DNA of 63,401 nucleotides from a virus (Duplodnaviria; Caudoviricetes): IMG/VR virus record IMGVR_UViG_3300025154_000092, positions 1 to 63,401 of that record; one strand, 5' to 3'. Shown piece by piece: positions 58,001 to 63,401 of this stretch (position 1 is its first letter; each line of letters starts with the position of its first letter). The notes under the pieces were generated by a model. It saw only the letters and a program-made list of their open reading frames with translations, ran no database searches and was not told where the DNA came from. The position numbers and the translations under genes were made by a program.

Positions 58001-60070
58001 GGAACCGCAACGCACGACACAAACGGCAATGCCATGTTCACGACGACCAGGCGGGCCGGGTACAAGCCGCTCAAGGCGAGCGGTTTTCAGGTGTGGCGGT
58101 GGGCTGGAGAAGCAGAGGTGGAGCTATCTCTTCCCGATGAAGAGGCCCTTGCCATAAACACCTATGGCCGGAAGTTCTTTGCCACGCCGCCGGACCGGAT
58201 CCCTGAGACCTGGGCGGTTTACTCTTCGCAGACATCGAAGCGGGCCCTGAGGGTTTTCGACAACGAGGACGATGCTAAGGAGTTTGCCGATAATACCAAG
58301 CTGACCAGGATAGAGCACCGGAGGGCGGCCGACGTGAGCACGCTGTTCGAGAAGCAGCCGCTCTATGCGCCGGGGCCGATTGCGGACATGATCAATAAGA
58401 TGACTGCAACGGAAACCCTCTTCAATGCGGTGCCCGGGTTGAATTTTCTCCTGAGGCTCAACGCGGGGCTCAAATCGTGGATCCTCATGTCGTCGTTTTT
58501 CCACCATATGGCCGGCAGCCGGTCGTGGGTGTTTGCAATTCACCATGGCTGGAAAGGCGTGAACCCCGTAAAGGCGTACAAAGCGGGGCTGCAGAAGATA
58601 GAGGACCTTCATCCCCTGGTGGAGCTCGGCGTGAAGAACGGGCTCACGCTCGGGGATATTCAGGACTGGTCGGAGATGGAGCTGAGGGAGAAGAAGGGAT
58701 TCACCGAGCGGCTGGTGAACTACCTGGGGATGGAGAAAACCTCCAAGGTGATCGAATACGGTAAGTTCCGGCGGGAGAGCTGGGCGGACAGCCTTTTCAA
58801 GAAATACTTTGCGGGTCTGAAAGCCGAGGCCTTCGTGATCGAGTACACGCACGAGCTGCAGAAGGCGACGGAGAAGTTCACGGCCGGCAAGATAAAGGAA
58901 CCGCCGAATCCGGACCGGATTGCGGAGCGGGTGGCAAGGCTCATGAACGCGGATTTCGGCGGGCTGCATCTGCAGCGCATGGGCAGGAACCCAACATTGC
59001 AGAAGGTTGCAAGAATGCTGCTTCTGGCGCCGGACTGGACCGAGAGCAACTTCAGGACGGTGACCGGGATGATACCGGGGCTCAATCAGAAGATTGGGAC
59101 GCTCCTGACAGACGTTCCTCCGCCTCCTGGCATGGATCAGCTCTACCGCAAGTTCTGGGCCAGGGCTATGCTGAGAATTGGAGTGATGACGGTCATTGCA
59201 CAGTTGATGCTGAACGGGAGCGACGAGAGCGAGGAATGGCTGAAGGAGCAGGCCCTGAGCAACCAGTTCACCCGGTACCGGTGGACCGAGGTGGAGATCA
59301 CCAGGCTCTATGAGCTGCTGGGGATCGATACGGAAGAGAAGAGAAAGACGTTTTCGCTCGGCGGGCACTTCTTCGACCCGCTGAAACTGATCGACCCCTG
59401 GACCCTGGCAAAGCACAAGGGCTCGCCGCTTACCAGGGCGGCGGAATCGTTTTTCTCGGGTTCCGATTGGGCCGGACGGCCGTACACAGGAGCGGCGGAG
59501 TTCCTGGAAACCGGGAAAACCGTAAAGAAATCGTTCCATCAGCGAAAAGAAGGGGCGTACGACCGGCTGCCGGCCACGGTGGTCAACCAGGTGGTGGGCA
59601 TGCAGCCGATTCAGGTGGGGCAGGCTATCCGGTTTTTGCAGGGGGAAGAGGACGGCCTGAGCGCCCTGATGCACTCGATTGGGGCGGCAACGCATAACGC
59701 TTACCCGCCTTTTGTGGAGACCCCTATACTTTCTACTGGAAAAGCGGGTTCAGATGTGGTACAGAGCCGAATTCAGGAACTGAGGGATGCCGGTGCGCTG
59801 CACATGGGCCCCCCCAGCAGGACGGTTACCATGCGCGGAATAACCGAGCGGATGAGCCGGGAGCAGTACAGGCGGTACGTGGAGGAATCGAGCGCACTGG
59901 CGGAGGGGAAACTGGCGGCACTTATGGGTTCTGAAAAGTGGGAGCATCTGAGCCCGGAGAAACAGGCGCAGTACACCGAGAAGATAATCAGGAACGCACG
60001 AAGGAAGGCAAGAGGGAAGGCAAAGAGGACAATGGCTAGAGAAAAGAGAACAGCGGAAGCAGAAGAATAA
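46082..60070 (+). CDS. Giant polyvalent DarB-like protein (pyrophosphatase-like domain, N6-adenine MTase, SNF2/SF2 helicase, HExxH zincin-like domain)
   Basis: ISIENPKGSIR..HYGHI..DEHKAM (~47500-47880); LEPAAGVGHF and NVPFG; GVGTGKT, IIDEAH, LATGTPISN, QSNGRIVRQGN; THESYH (~56714). Confidence 0.85.
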   Translation: MFKSLEEFDRWVEEGRQEEISKRAAMSKPRGVLKEAASALGAGVVSTGESIAGAGEMIGIPGARGAREYLQEVGEAESLARPEDLQEGTIVEHPERLADWRWWVRSLGENIPNMAAMMLPGGLAWKGAKAAGWGYKAIKTAALSGAFSGAATVEAGAAYTQAKKEMDEFGYADDVIERVATAEGLIVGTANGILEMLPFDNLFLRSTGASGIIRRIVRQAVFEGSTEMAQETVSLAVEQWGHQPDVELKTAIGRVLESGIIGGVLGGGAGAVFQRTEDRGQRTEKEKDQPISTTGQETTRVGLAEIAAAEEERKEKARRVEKAKADAPAALAEILKEEEESRAEVVAAKAIAEIEGTKGTAGTEEAEGVDEGAQEGRVARVLGEEEPVDGEAAASGGPVPGGEPGEREVAAGGGGEGEKVETEKRGSGETEIKEKIDAAANEAATSPKNDLPEPTEEQKEKENYKMGHPDPKLLHGLDISIENPKGSIRKGKSKAGVEWQTKMQAHYGHINGTEGADSSKKLRQGVDVFIGETPESEMVFIVNQVSPDTGKFDEHKAMLNYPSEEDARKGYLGNYEKGWKGLGSIVPMKMDEFKTWLKEGDTTKEAKGTRGTKGTEGEKGRAAEAKTEPTAKEKAVSQGVASITGGKPTAAAPAEAKGKKEEPTPAETKKAGEYGVPIPQAWSRPTTGAEKKFANYKGFASSDEGGYLSVEAWGETQSDAENNARKEFERQWFNRDQWRKKESPELKASEASADDLLAEWDKQAAEMEEPKELRISQKELAVLRSRLKIAQERGAMVAGIEVDIRRYEESPKTSDLDYRATLNELNQRIAEQEKHEKEVKAKEQLPSWAAKKVGENRADIALYEDKDGNRVFLDKGFVTSAPRPLVSGGQVLKPYNPEQLYKAGRKEFLTKEELEKFKAEGKPVSAGVASITGKKQEAEAKAAEKKEFKEGDFVVPNSESGLGITYRGRITKTEQRSDGQYVKIFGALQFQRSENFKLQSEVEEEEKKGAKFKKGDRVVITGYGEAEPRHGEISDVRGWAFRPLFGAGGQSATEYDYDVKTDQGATWHGNDQRIVKETERPEKVVPDILRGNTYMEPDYVLRSIASNRRTAKENRASAGRAKKASRISGYRRQAAEADQAADDLQAAFDEWAKKYPEEAAKYRKTEGGGQRTATEKTVAGATETLRDYGIDATKTTTKNGKPVWEVSGNTKPYAEEMKKAGGRWYGPKKVWSFYGEEDPTARILEALPKKEGTQGTAETKGIPNRGVASITGKKPEVPAETEKPQTQEEMLAAVSDFFKGDRPVVSWTFKQSLEEFNRKTVESLSYVGKLVSREELANGWVKVTYEKVGEKPVTPQVPTAGEKARETVDHVKNAVDKFKAINKILGEKGSLGGPVEQGKYDLIRPLLKEAWDEIVAAGKSAKEFVQLALQNLSPKGRPYFEKFVREEISHAKPEPAGTEEAEAERHPDREAVGRAGVGGAPAVPPELPPGSDLGTVSERPAGAGEEAETGGAEGGVLPGAVPAGGETGAGPDRGEGAQPGGPKRGATKRAPSGRAGKPRARLEPQSAELAEANQNHRIEPDDELVPRGDEKRIQANIRAIKLVKQLISEERNPTKAEKKILAQYVGWGKFSERIFNKEFDRYVREYRGKTHTVWAPYGQSAEKEYTPEDFFGRYGEENERKIEAYKKWETKYGKELHPLLGGMLTEEEWKAAEASTLNAHYTSRQIISSMWDLAERLGFKKGTVLEPAAGVGHFFGLMPESVAAGSKLIGVELDTISGAILSKLYPQADIRVKGFEESNIPDNSVDLVITNVPFGRWGIFDARHPDYSNWSIHDYFLARSIDTARPGGLVIAITSHWTMDKVTGGEKREYFARKADLVGAIRLPNTAFQENAGTEVVTDILVFRKKDNSFRPEILPFRSIKSVPVPEGKDKSADVNEYFADHPEMVLGRHSLSGTMRRGGDDEYTLLPDPAKPLDQGMRDAISALPENIHGYVEKTAEQPIFFASEGAKDGVLYEKDGKLYMVEDGKYVQPTYHNSAGKLVHLSDAQIARARRYLELKAATKALINKMNQDEATDEEIKELQGNLNDVYDRFVKEFNYLNHQSNGFLRLIDGEFPITDALEQIEQVIEKDEKGQSRYRKVFHKIGMFFKRTIFPFKEPEAAESVEDGVNLSLIYRGNIDLHYIAKVTGKDQDGVRKEILESGAAYLNPVSGLLEASDEYLSGNVVRKLREAEAAVKENKDFEKNVKALKGVQPKFIDIEQAHFRLGTPWIPTESVEGFLEESLGVEAKVELVRTKEFTRFHVRITNDRYSTKNEKTWGVSWKQKSHEQEDEEKATGSVRTLLGTDLIEDALNLKIAEATDTIDVGDRKSIQRKNKNASIAAQDKQNEIQDAFRTWARGHKKWASEYAKLFNENENQYKVREFPVPTITHFPNASQDITLRDEQKRAVMRGLRESALFAYGVGTGKTYIIITTAMEMRRIGTARKPCIVVQNSTLGQYASSFRRLYPGATVLIPNEKQRSAKQRNRLMMQIAQNDWDAIIIPKSFANMIADDPAREQAYVQEQIDMMEEARWAAEQEEGKNSFKVKDLNAAIRAKEQHLKKLLARHKDNVLTFEQLGIDALIIDEAHDYKRSDFFTKMDKVRGIDRGSSQRSASIYLKIRHVQEKTGGKNVILATGTPISNTMAELWTMLRYVRPDILDEFNSGLFDDFAGNFGEVEIRTEETAVGTFKDIQRFSKYVNGRALLTMWRAATDVLLTKHAGLDLPAVKGGKPEMIKVARSKDLRVFMRDLRETYRAWENLSGKEKRLNRHVPIVLYGLAKKASVDLRLVNPIAYGDDPESKLNTVVKTVHDVWKKSTPESSTQLVFLDIYHDSERKFDAHEDIKQKLIKLGIPEEEIAVVEQVKGDARTEAMWQKVREGKIRVAIGHREKLGVGVDVPQKLIAVHHVDPPQRPMDYEQSNGRIVRQGNENPEVMIFNYGVEKTLDSVLFDRLAMKQFFIDQVLTGQIEGDTFDDPFTEEQMNFSAMQAALIGDPAINEKVEVDAKYKKLKIAKRTHEQRQSDARYNIRSLEEDKIPRREGEVATYRKEAEAVKAARADAKFWKEVTLPDGKAVSRKEALEWAQAQWEAFGKETKDRAAKITVKDWNVLLEAHKWREAIPEWTQAIKIGHGFVVNFESDVEFVTTDIERNKLKNKDTVRPIIDLRWKLSHDDFGVMTVSRQIVAPSSVQQAIGAALDAPAEHLAYLERNLQKDKESLAEYKEIAKETFDKEEELAATGKRQRELEDYLRTKVIEEEDEDLRDVEGSAQGILDNILRDADEETTGAAAAPEEEEEAAAAKERAAIDITLKKGERLYYFNKDGTFYPVAGRPVDVVPYGEFFVHKEGKSDVWEVREVRSGFKCGQGNSIEEAVNMAISQFERVGEEKGKQLIDEAVEESGESPAVKQEQYSVAGRERARARKQVTPAVTIDDVRKIFKGQPVVLTPEGEIKVFPREHRSVTIKSVEQITPNSVALNIAYGVEKVKGEIAGKYKDGEISLQRDVSDKWTLTHESYHFMEDAGIVSHADVGILRAKIRSLENKGKWTPVNPKDIGGGEDRAAWVTEQLKGIYDVKTLTGQILQKIRQFIDRVMAAFGIRTAGAVTRDIETGRVFEGRGQRTEDVGQQKDLFEVKVSPTAGQASAVFLGYQETGRGGKIALFNIEGGERDGSTVSADTLKELGIDVPEVSEEQEWYAIAKQPPGKIVAQEIEQNRSFVNKIFELRDVAKLRIQNQVSELQREVQKMAGKASRRKFTLGFAHNKELKRSMASDQLDRAMMVYRDLQTKPEKADEFKTWAEQKLKDKDTSAKDRLTIKGQLTLLDQALNLTQEQKDFAMAKLGELFEKAFELAKRTKIIQTHRDNYVRRLWNLPEGKEEQFTGSGSGYGFSVYTTAAKKRTLPTILDGWMAGYDLKVKGLTNSYEKYLTELATIIANKAFIQRGTATHDTNGNAMFTTTRRAGYKPLKASGFQVWRWAGEAEVELSLPDEEALAINTYGRKFFATPPDRIPETWAVYSSQTSKRALRVFDNEDDAKEFADNTKLTRIEHRRAADVSTLFEKQPLYAPGPIADMINKMTATETLFNAVPGLNFLLRLNAGLKSWILMSSFFHHMAGSRSWVFAIHHGWKGVNPVKAYKAGLQKIEDLHPLVELGVKNGLTLGDIQDWSEMELREKKGFTERLVNYLGMEKTSKVIEYGKFRRESWADSLFKKYFAGLKAEAFVIEYTHELQKATEKFTAGKIKEPPNPDRIAERVARLMNADFGGLHLQRMGRNPTLQKVARMLLLAPDWTESNFRTVTGMIPGLNQKIGTLLTDVPPPPGMDQLYRKFWARAMLRIGVMTVIAQLMLNGSDESEEWLKEQALSNQFTRYRWTEVEITRLYELLGIDTEEKRKTFSLGGHFFDPLKLIDPWTLAKHKGSPLTRAAESFFSGSDWAGRPYTGAAEFLETGKTVKKSFHQRKEGAYDRLPATVVNQVVGMQPIQVGQAIRFLQGEEDGLSALMHSIGAATHNAYPPFVETPILSTGKAGSDVVQSRIQELRDAGALHMGPPSRTVTMRGITERMSREQYRRYVEESSALAEGKLAALMGSEKWEHLSPEKQAQYTEKIIRNARRKARGKAKRTMAREKRTAEAEE
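47190..47342 (+). CDS. Nested alternate-frame small basic protein (50 aa)
   Basis: SD GGAGGG before ATG; MKVHKKDGWHVYSEKKNPLTGKRRHLGGPYPAESQANERLRQVEAAKGKK; host frame here is a low-complexity linker. Confidence 0.55.
   Translation: MKVHKKDGWHVYSEKKNPLTGKRRHLGGPYPAESQANERLRQVEAAKGKK
50430..50789 (+). CDS. Nested alternate-frame protein (119 aa)
   Basis: AGGAG 7 nt before ATG; globular helical sequence; host frame here is a G/A/P/E linker. Confidence 0.65.
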   Translation: MQSLSLQELKKQKPSDIQIERPWEEPEWEAHLQYLLNYHPAATWELFQNDRPELEKRLKQAVQKGVYYRVLYRLEGKLEPDQIEEKVLNLVAPSEEQPKEPLPEEQENLVLAWSRNLQS

Positions 60071-60192
60071 GCCAAGGCAAAGTCCAAGGTGATTTGAAAT
60101 TTCAGATTTGAGATTTGAGATCACCTAAGAGGCGTAGCACGGGCGCATTTTCCTGGGAAATAACCGGGGGGATGCGCCTTTTTCGTTTTTTT
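60068..60192 (+). promoter_or_regulatory. Structured leader plus terminator, copy 2
   Basis: Same conserved blocks as 30357-30493; inner stem AGGTGAT/ATCACCT. Confidence 0.6.
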
Positions 60193-60203
60193 GGGGGAAC
60201 GAA

Positions 60204-61856
60204 ATGATCATCGGTTTGATTGGGGCGATTTGTGCGGCGGGGTTCAATGTGCTCATAGGGTATTGGGTGCTGGAGCCGTACACGACGCCCAGGATGCTTT
60301 TTATATCCATTGCGGGGTTCGGTTTGCTGGCGGCATGGCTGATCTCGGGGCCCGTGCTCCATATCTCCGTGCCCGCGGCGCAGGCGGCGCTTGTGTTGCT
60401 GGGTGTATGGGTGTTCTGCTCATTCATGGCCATTCGGAGGGACATTGCTCTCAGACATTTTGTGACTTTTGGCTTTTGCGTTTTCTTCGGGCTTTTCCTT
60501 GTGCCGGCCGCGGATCCTGTTGCCGTAATCGAGATGCTTGTGGGCGTGGCGACGGTAAGCGCGGTGATCGGGTTGCTGGCGAACCTGGGGAATGTGCAGG
60601 TCTTCCCGAAGATCCGGCCGCGAAAGCACCGCGAGGTTTCCGGCATGGTGGGGAATGCCAATGCGCATGGGGCGTACCTGGCAATTCATGCCTTTCTCGC
60701 CGGCTACCTGGCCCTGTACCAGCATCCGCTTTGGGCTGCTTCGCTCGTTATTATCCTGATCGCCATATGGCGTGCGCGTGGTCTTGGTCCCGTTGTCGGG
60801 CTGCTGGCCGGCGGGCTGTTTATGACATTGGCGCTGGATCGATCCATCCTGATCCGGGTTGCTCTGTTCAACGGCATTTTCTTTTTCGCCTGGTGGTTGG
60901 TTGAACACATGAGGAGCAACCCCAGGGTGAGCATCCGGGAGCGGCGGCACTATTGGCGGGTGGCGTGGGAGATGTTTGCCGAATCGCCGCTCTGGGGCAC
61001 AGGCTTTGCCAGCTTCCCGATCCGCGTGCCGTTTATTCAGCGTGCGCTGAACGATTCGACCAGGGGCGAATTCCTGAAAAAGGAGAACTACGCGGCGTCC
61101 TGGCCGGAGCTTGCGCATAACGATTTTCTGCAGGCGCTTACGGACAACGGCACTATGGGCATGGCTGCGTTGATTGTGATGGGCGTGCTCTGTGGTGATG
61201 CCGTTATCTCGGGTATTCGGGATCCTCTCGTGGTGTTTGCAGGCGCTGCCCTGGTGTCGTTTCTTGCCTCGGGGCTTACCTGGCATTTGTTCTATGTGCT
61301 GCCTGCCAATATGACCGTGTGGTGTTTGGTGGGCATGCTGCTGAAGACATCGGCGCCCTGGAGCGTGGATGTGGGGCCTTACTGGAGTTTTCTGGCGCTC
61401 GTGCCTCTGGGGAGCATCATCTGGATGTATGTGGTACGGCATGCGGCCTTTCTGGTGCACATGCTGCGGTATTTTAAGGGCGGCGATGTGGATTACCTGA
61501 AGAGGGCGCTTCGCCTCGAGCCCCACAGCACCTTTGCAAACCAGCATGCCGTGCTTTACTGCTGGCGTCACGGCCAATATGAGACGGCCTACACGCATGC
61601 CATTACGGCCCTGCAGCACTACGACGGGAATCAGCAGATTTGGCGGCTATGGACAAGTTTGGGGAATATATGCCGGCAGCACGGATCGCTTACGCTTGCG
61701 AACGCGGCCTTCAACGAAGCGCTGAAGTTTTTGCCCTGGTTCGACCTGGCGCTGATAGGCCGCGAGCAGCTCAAGGAAACCGTTGTGCGCATAAGAGCTG
61801 TAACAAAGGACTTGGCCGGGAATGAAGGAGAAGAAGAACAAGGAGGAAGAAAATGA
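60204..61856 (+). CDS. O-antigen ligase / O-oligosaccharyltransferase-like membrane protein with TPR-like C-terminus
   Basis: About 11-12 hydrophobic helices; GNANAHGAYL, R...W..AWEMFAESPLWGTG, AHNDFLQ (Wzy_C-type motifs). Confidence 0.82.
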   Translation: MIIGLIGAICAAGFNVLIGYWVLEPYTTPRMLFISIAGFGLLAAWLISGPVLHISVPAAQAALVLLGVWVFCSFMAIRRDIALRHFVTFGFCVFFGLFLVPAADPVAVIEMLVGVATVSAVIGLLANLGNVQVFPKIRPRKHREVSGMVGNANAHGAYLAIHAFLAGYLALYQHPLWAASLVIILIAIWRARGLGPVVGLLAGGLFMTLALDRSILIRVALFNGIFFFAWWLVEHMRSNPRVSIRERRHYWRVAWEMFAESPLWGTGFASFPIRVPFIQRALNDSTRGEFLKKENYAASWPELAHNDFLQALTDNGTMGMAALIVMGVLCGDAVISGIRDPLVVFAGAALVSFLASGLTWHLFYVLPANMTVWCLVGMLLKTSAPWSVDVGPYWSFLALVPLGSIIWMYVVRHAAFLVHMLRYFKGGDVDYLKRALRLEPHSTFANQHAVLYCWRHGQYETAYTHAITALQHYDGNQQIWRLWTSLGNICRQHGSLTLANAAFNEALKFLPWFDLALIGREQLKETVVRIRAVTKDLAGNEGEEEQGGRK

Positions 61857-62212
61857 GAAAAGTGATGTTTTTTGTGCTGTTTGCGCTTTTTTGCTGGTGT
61901 GCGGTCGCGGTCGCCGATGACACGGAATACGAGCCGCTTGGGAAAAGCGTGGTGGCGAAGAGCGACGGGAGCGTCTCTTCTTTCACTCTCCCCACGGGAC
62001 GGGTGTACACGGCATTCATTACTCTCGAGGCCGGCGGGATACGGTTCTATTACGACGGCAGCACACCGGATCAGACAACGGGACATTATGCCCCGCCGGG
62101 GGCAAGTGTGGAGTGCCGGTCGACCGATGAGGTGAGAAACTTCAAGTGGACCATGGATTCGGCCTCGTCGGGGGTAACTGCGACGGTAACGTTTTTCGGC
62201 AAACGACAGTAA
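61853..62212 (+). CDS. Small beta-rich protein with signal peptide
   Basis: MRKVMFFVLFALFCWCAVAVA; AFITLEAGGIRFYYDGSTP. Confidence 0.7.
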   Translation: MRKVMFFVLFALFCWCAVAVADDTEYEPLGKSVVAKSDGSVSSFTLPTGRVYTAFITLEAGGIRFYYDGSTPDQTTGHYAPPGASVECRSTDEVRNFKWTMDSASSGVTATVTFFGKRQ

Positions 62213-62223
62213 GGGGGGGCAGC

Positions 62224-63267
62224 ATGAAGCGGATAATTTTTGCATGCTTTGTCATCCTGGCGCTCGGTGTCAGTGGGTACGTCGAGAGCCGATCATCGAG
62301 AATCAGCGTCCCAGCGACGTGGGAGGACAATGGCGACGGCTCTATATCGCCGATTGGCGGGAAGTCCGTAGCCATGCCCACTACGAATTTCGGCCCCTAC
62401 ACCGTTGCCACCCTCCCAGCGGCGTCGGAAGTTACAAACCATTATACGACCGTCACAGATGGCGCATCCTCCAGCGATTGTGCCGTTGGTGGCGGAACCG
62501 ATCAGGTTCTGTGCCGGTCAACAGGCGCGGCATGGGAGGCGGTAGGCAGCAGCCTTACACCAATTATTAAAACCCTCTCCGGCACCGAGTCGATGACCGC
62601 TATTAACGTCAGGGCGTTTTACGATCCGGGTGGAGCATCCAGGATAGTGCAATTACCTCCAGAGGCAGAGGGCGTTGTTGAAATAATCAACACGGCGGAT
62701 GCCTCCGAATCTCTCACCGTCAAGGATGACACCGGCACTACCACCTATGCAATCCTTGGACGATACGGCGGGGCGCAGTTTGTCTGCAACGGCACCACAT
62801 GGGCGGCAAATATCCCCAATTATTTTGCGGGAGATATCAATGTCCAGGGGTATATCCAGTTGCAGGGTGGAGCTGCGTACCTGACGCACATCAGCAATAA
62901 TGTAGTTATAAGTGGAGGGCAGCAGTACGATTTTCGGCCTAGCACTGGGATATTTTTGCTTGGCACACTAAACAAGCAACTCTCGCACCGCATCATCAAT
63001 GAAGCCGTGGCAGACGAAGCCGAAAAAACAATTGCAACTGGGGTTGCCGGATGGGGCTTTGCCCAGATTGGGGATGGGCAGGAGTATGCGCATTTCTCGT
63101 TTACCGCTGCTGGAGTCGTAACCCTTATCAACAACTCTGCAAATACAGTCGGGACGGATACAGATGCAAAGTTTTGCATCTATGACGCAGGAGCCGGAAT
63201 TGCCATCAAAAACAGGTTGGGGTCGGAACTGAAAATTATGGCCTCAGTTTTCTACGGCACCCCATGA
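62224..63267 (+). CDS. Tail-fibre-like protein with signal peptide; UGA-terminated form of a possible read-through fusion
   Basis: YTVATLPAAS..VTDG and KFCIYDAG..IKNRLGS fibre-type modules; N-terminal MKRIIFACFVILALGVSG. Confidence 0.7.
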   Translation: MKRIIFACFVILALGVSGYVESRSSRISVPATWEDNGDGSISPIGGKSVAMPTTNFGPYTVATLPAASEVTNHYTTVTDGASSSDCAVGGGTDQVLCRSTGAAWEAVGSSLTPIIKTLSGTESMTAINVRAFYDPGGASRIVQLPPEAEGVVEIINTADASESLTVKDDTGTTTYAILGRYGGAQFVCNGTTWAANIPNYFAGDINVQGYIQLQGGAAYLTHISNNVVISGGQQYDFRPSTGIFLLGTLNKQLSHRIINEAVADEAEKTIATGVAGWGFAQIGDGQEYAHFSFTAAGVVTLINNSANTVGTDTDAKFCIYDAGAGIAIKNRLGSELKIMASVFYGTP

Positions 63268-63298
63268 GCCGGGATAAATTCCGGTGGGGTCTCCACCG
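63265..63298 (+). promoter_or_regulatory. UGA plus candidate bacterial SECIS hairpin
   Basis: CGGTGG(63282-63287)-GGTCT-CCACCG(63293-63298); loop starts after 20 nt from UGA. Confidence 0.62.
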
Positions 63299-63401
63299 AT
63301 ATAGCGGGAGTTGCGGTAGGAGATTCGCTGACGGCCAACGGGACGTATGTAACCAACGTGTCCGATAGGTGCTGCGGCCCGACGATCACGAATTTCGGGA
63401 T
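63276..63401. repeat. Terminal direct repeat, right copy
   Basis: Identical to 5-130. Confidence 0.95.

Noticed and set aside
1-63401. Genome-wide UGA reassignment (genetic code 4 or 25)
   Set aside because: Many genes end in TGA with ATGA/GTGA coupling to the next start, and long genes are intact under code 11; only two sites need read-through

Overview
The window looks like a complete, circularly assembled temperate phage genome of about 63.27 kb: bases 5-130 recur exactly at 63276-63401. Gene order is lysis genes; an attP made of the 3' half of a tRNA-Ala(GGC) next to a tyrosine integrase; a repressor/Cro switch; many small early genes (C5 DNA methyltransferase, DHH phosphoesterase, HTH proteins); a split primase plus Zn-finger/D5-type helicase followed by an iteron origin; a second tyrosine recombinase beside a lox-like palindrome; an antirepressor with a C4-like antisense leader; and a podovirus-like late region. 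The late region holds terminase, portal, scaffold, major capsid, tailspike, adaptor, nozzle, putative ejection proteins, a ~4660-aa DarB-like polyvalent protein, an O-antigen-ligase-like membrane protein and fibre proteins with signal peptides. The most striking signal is two in-frame UGA codons, each followed after exactly 20 nt by the GG-starting loop of a 6-bp hairpin, which is bacterial SECIS geometry. One sits where the first Cys of the replication protein's zinc finger is expected (16377-16379). The other joins a tail-fibre gene in frame to an otherwise start-less SGNH esterase domain (63265-63267). This suggests a phage that uses host selenocysteine decoding for a replication selenoprotein and for a read-through tail protein. 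All product calls come from motif recognition by eye; no database searches were run. The host is not determined.
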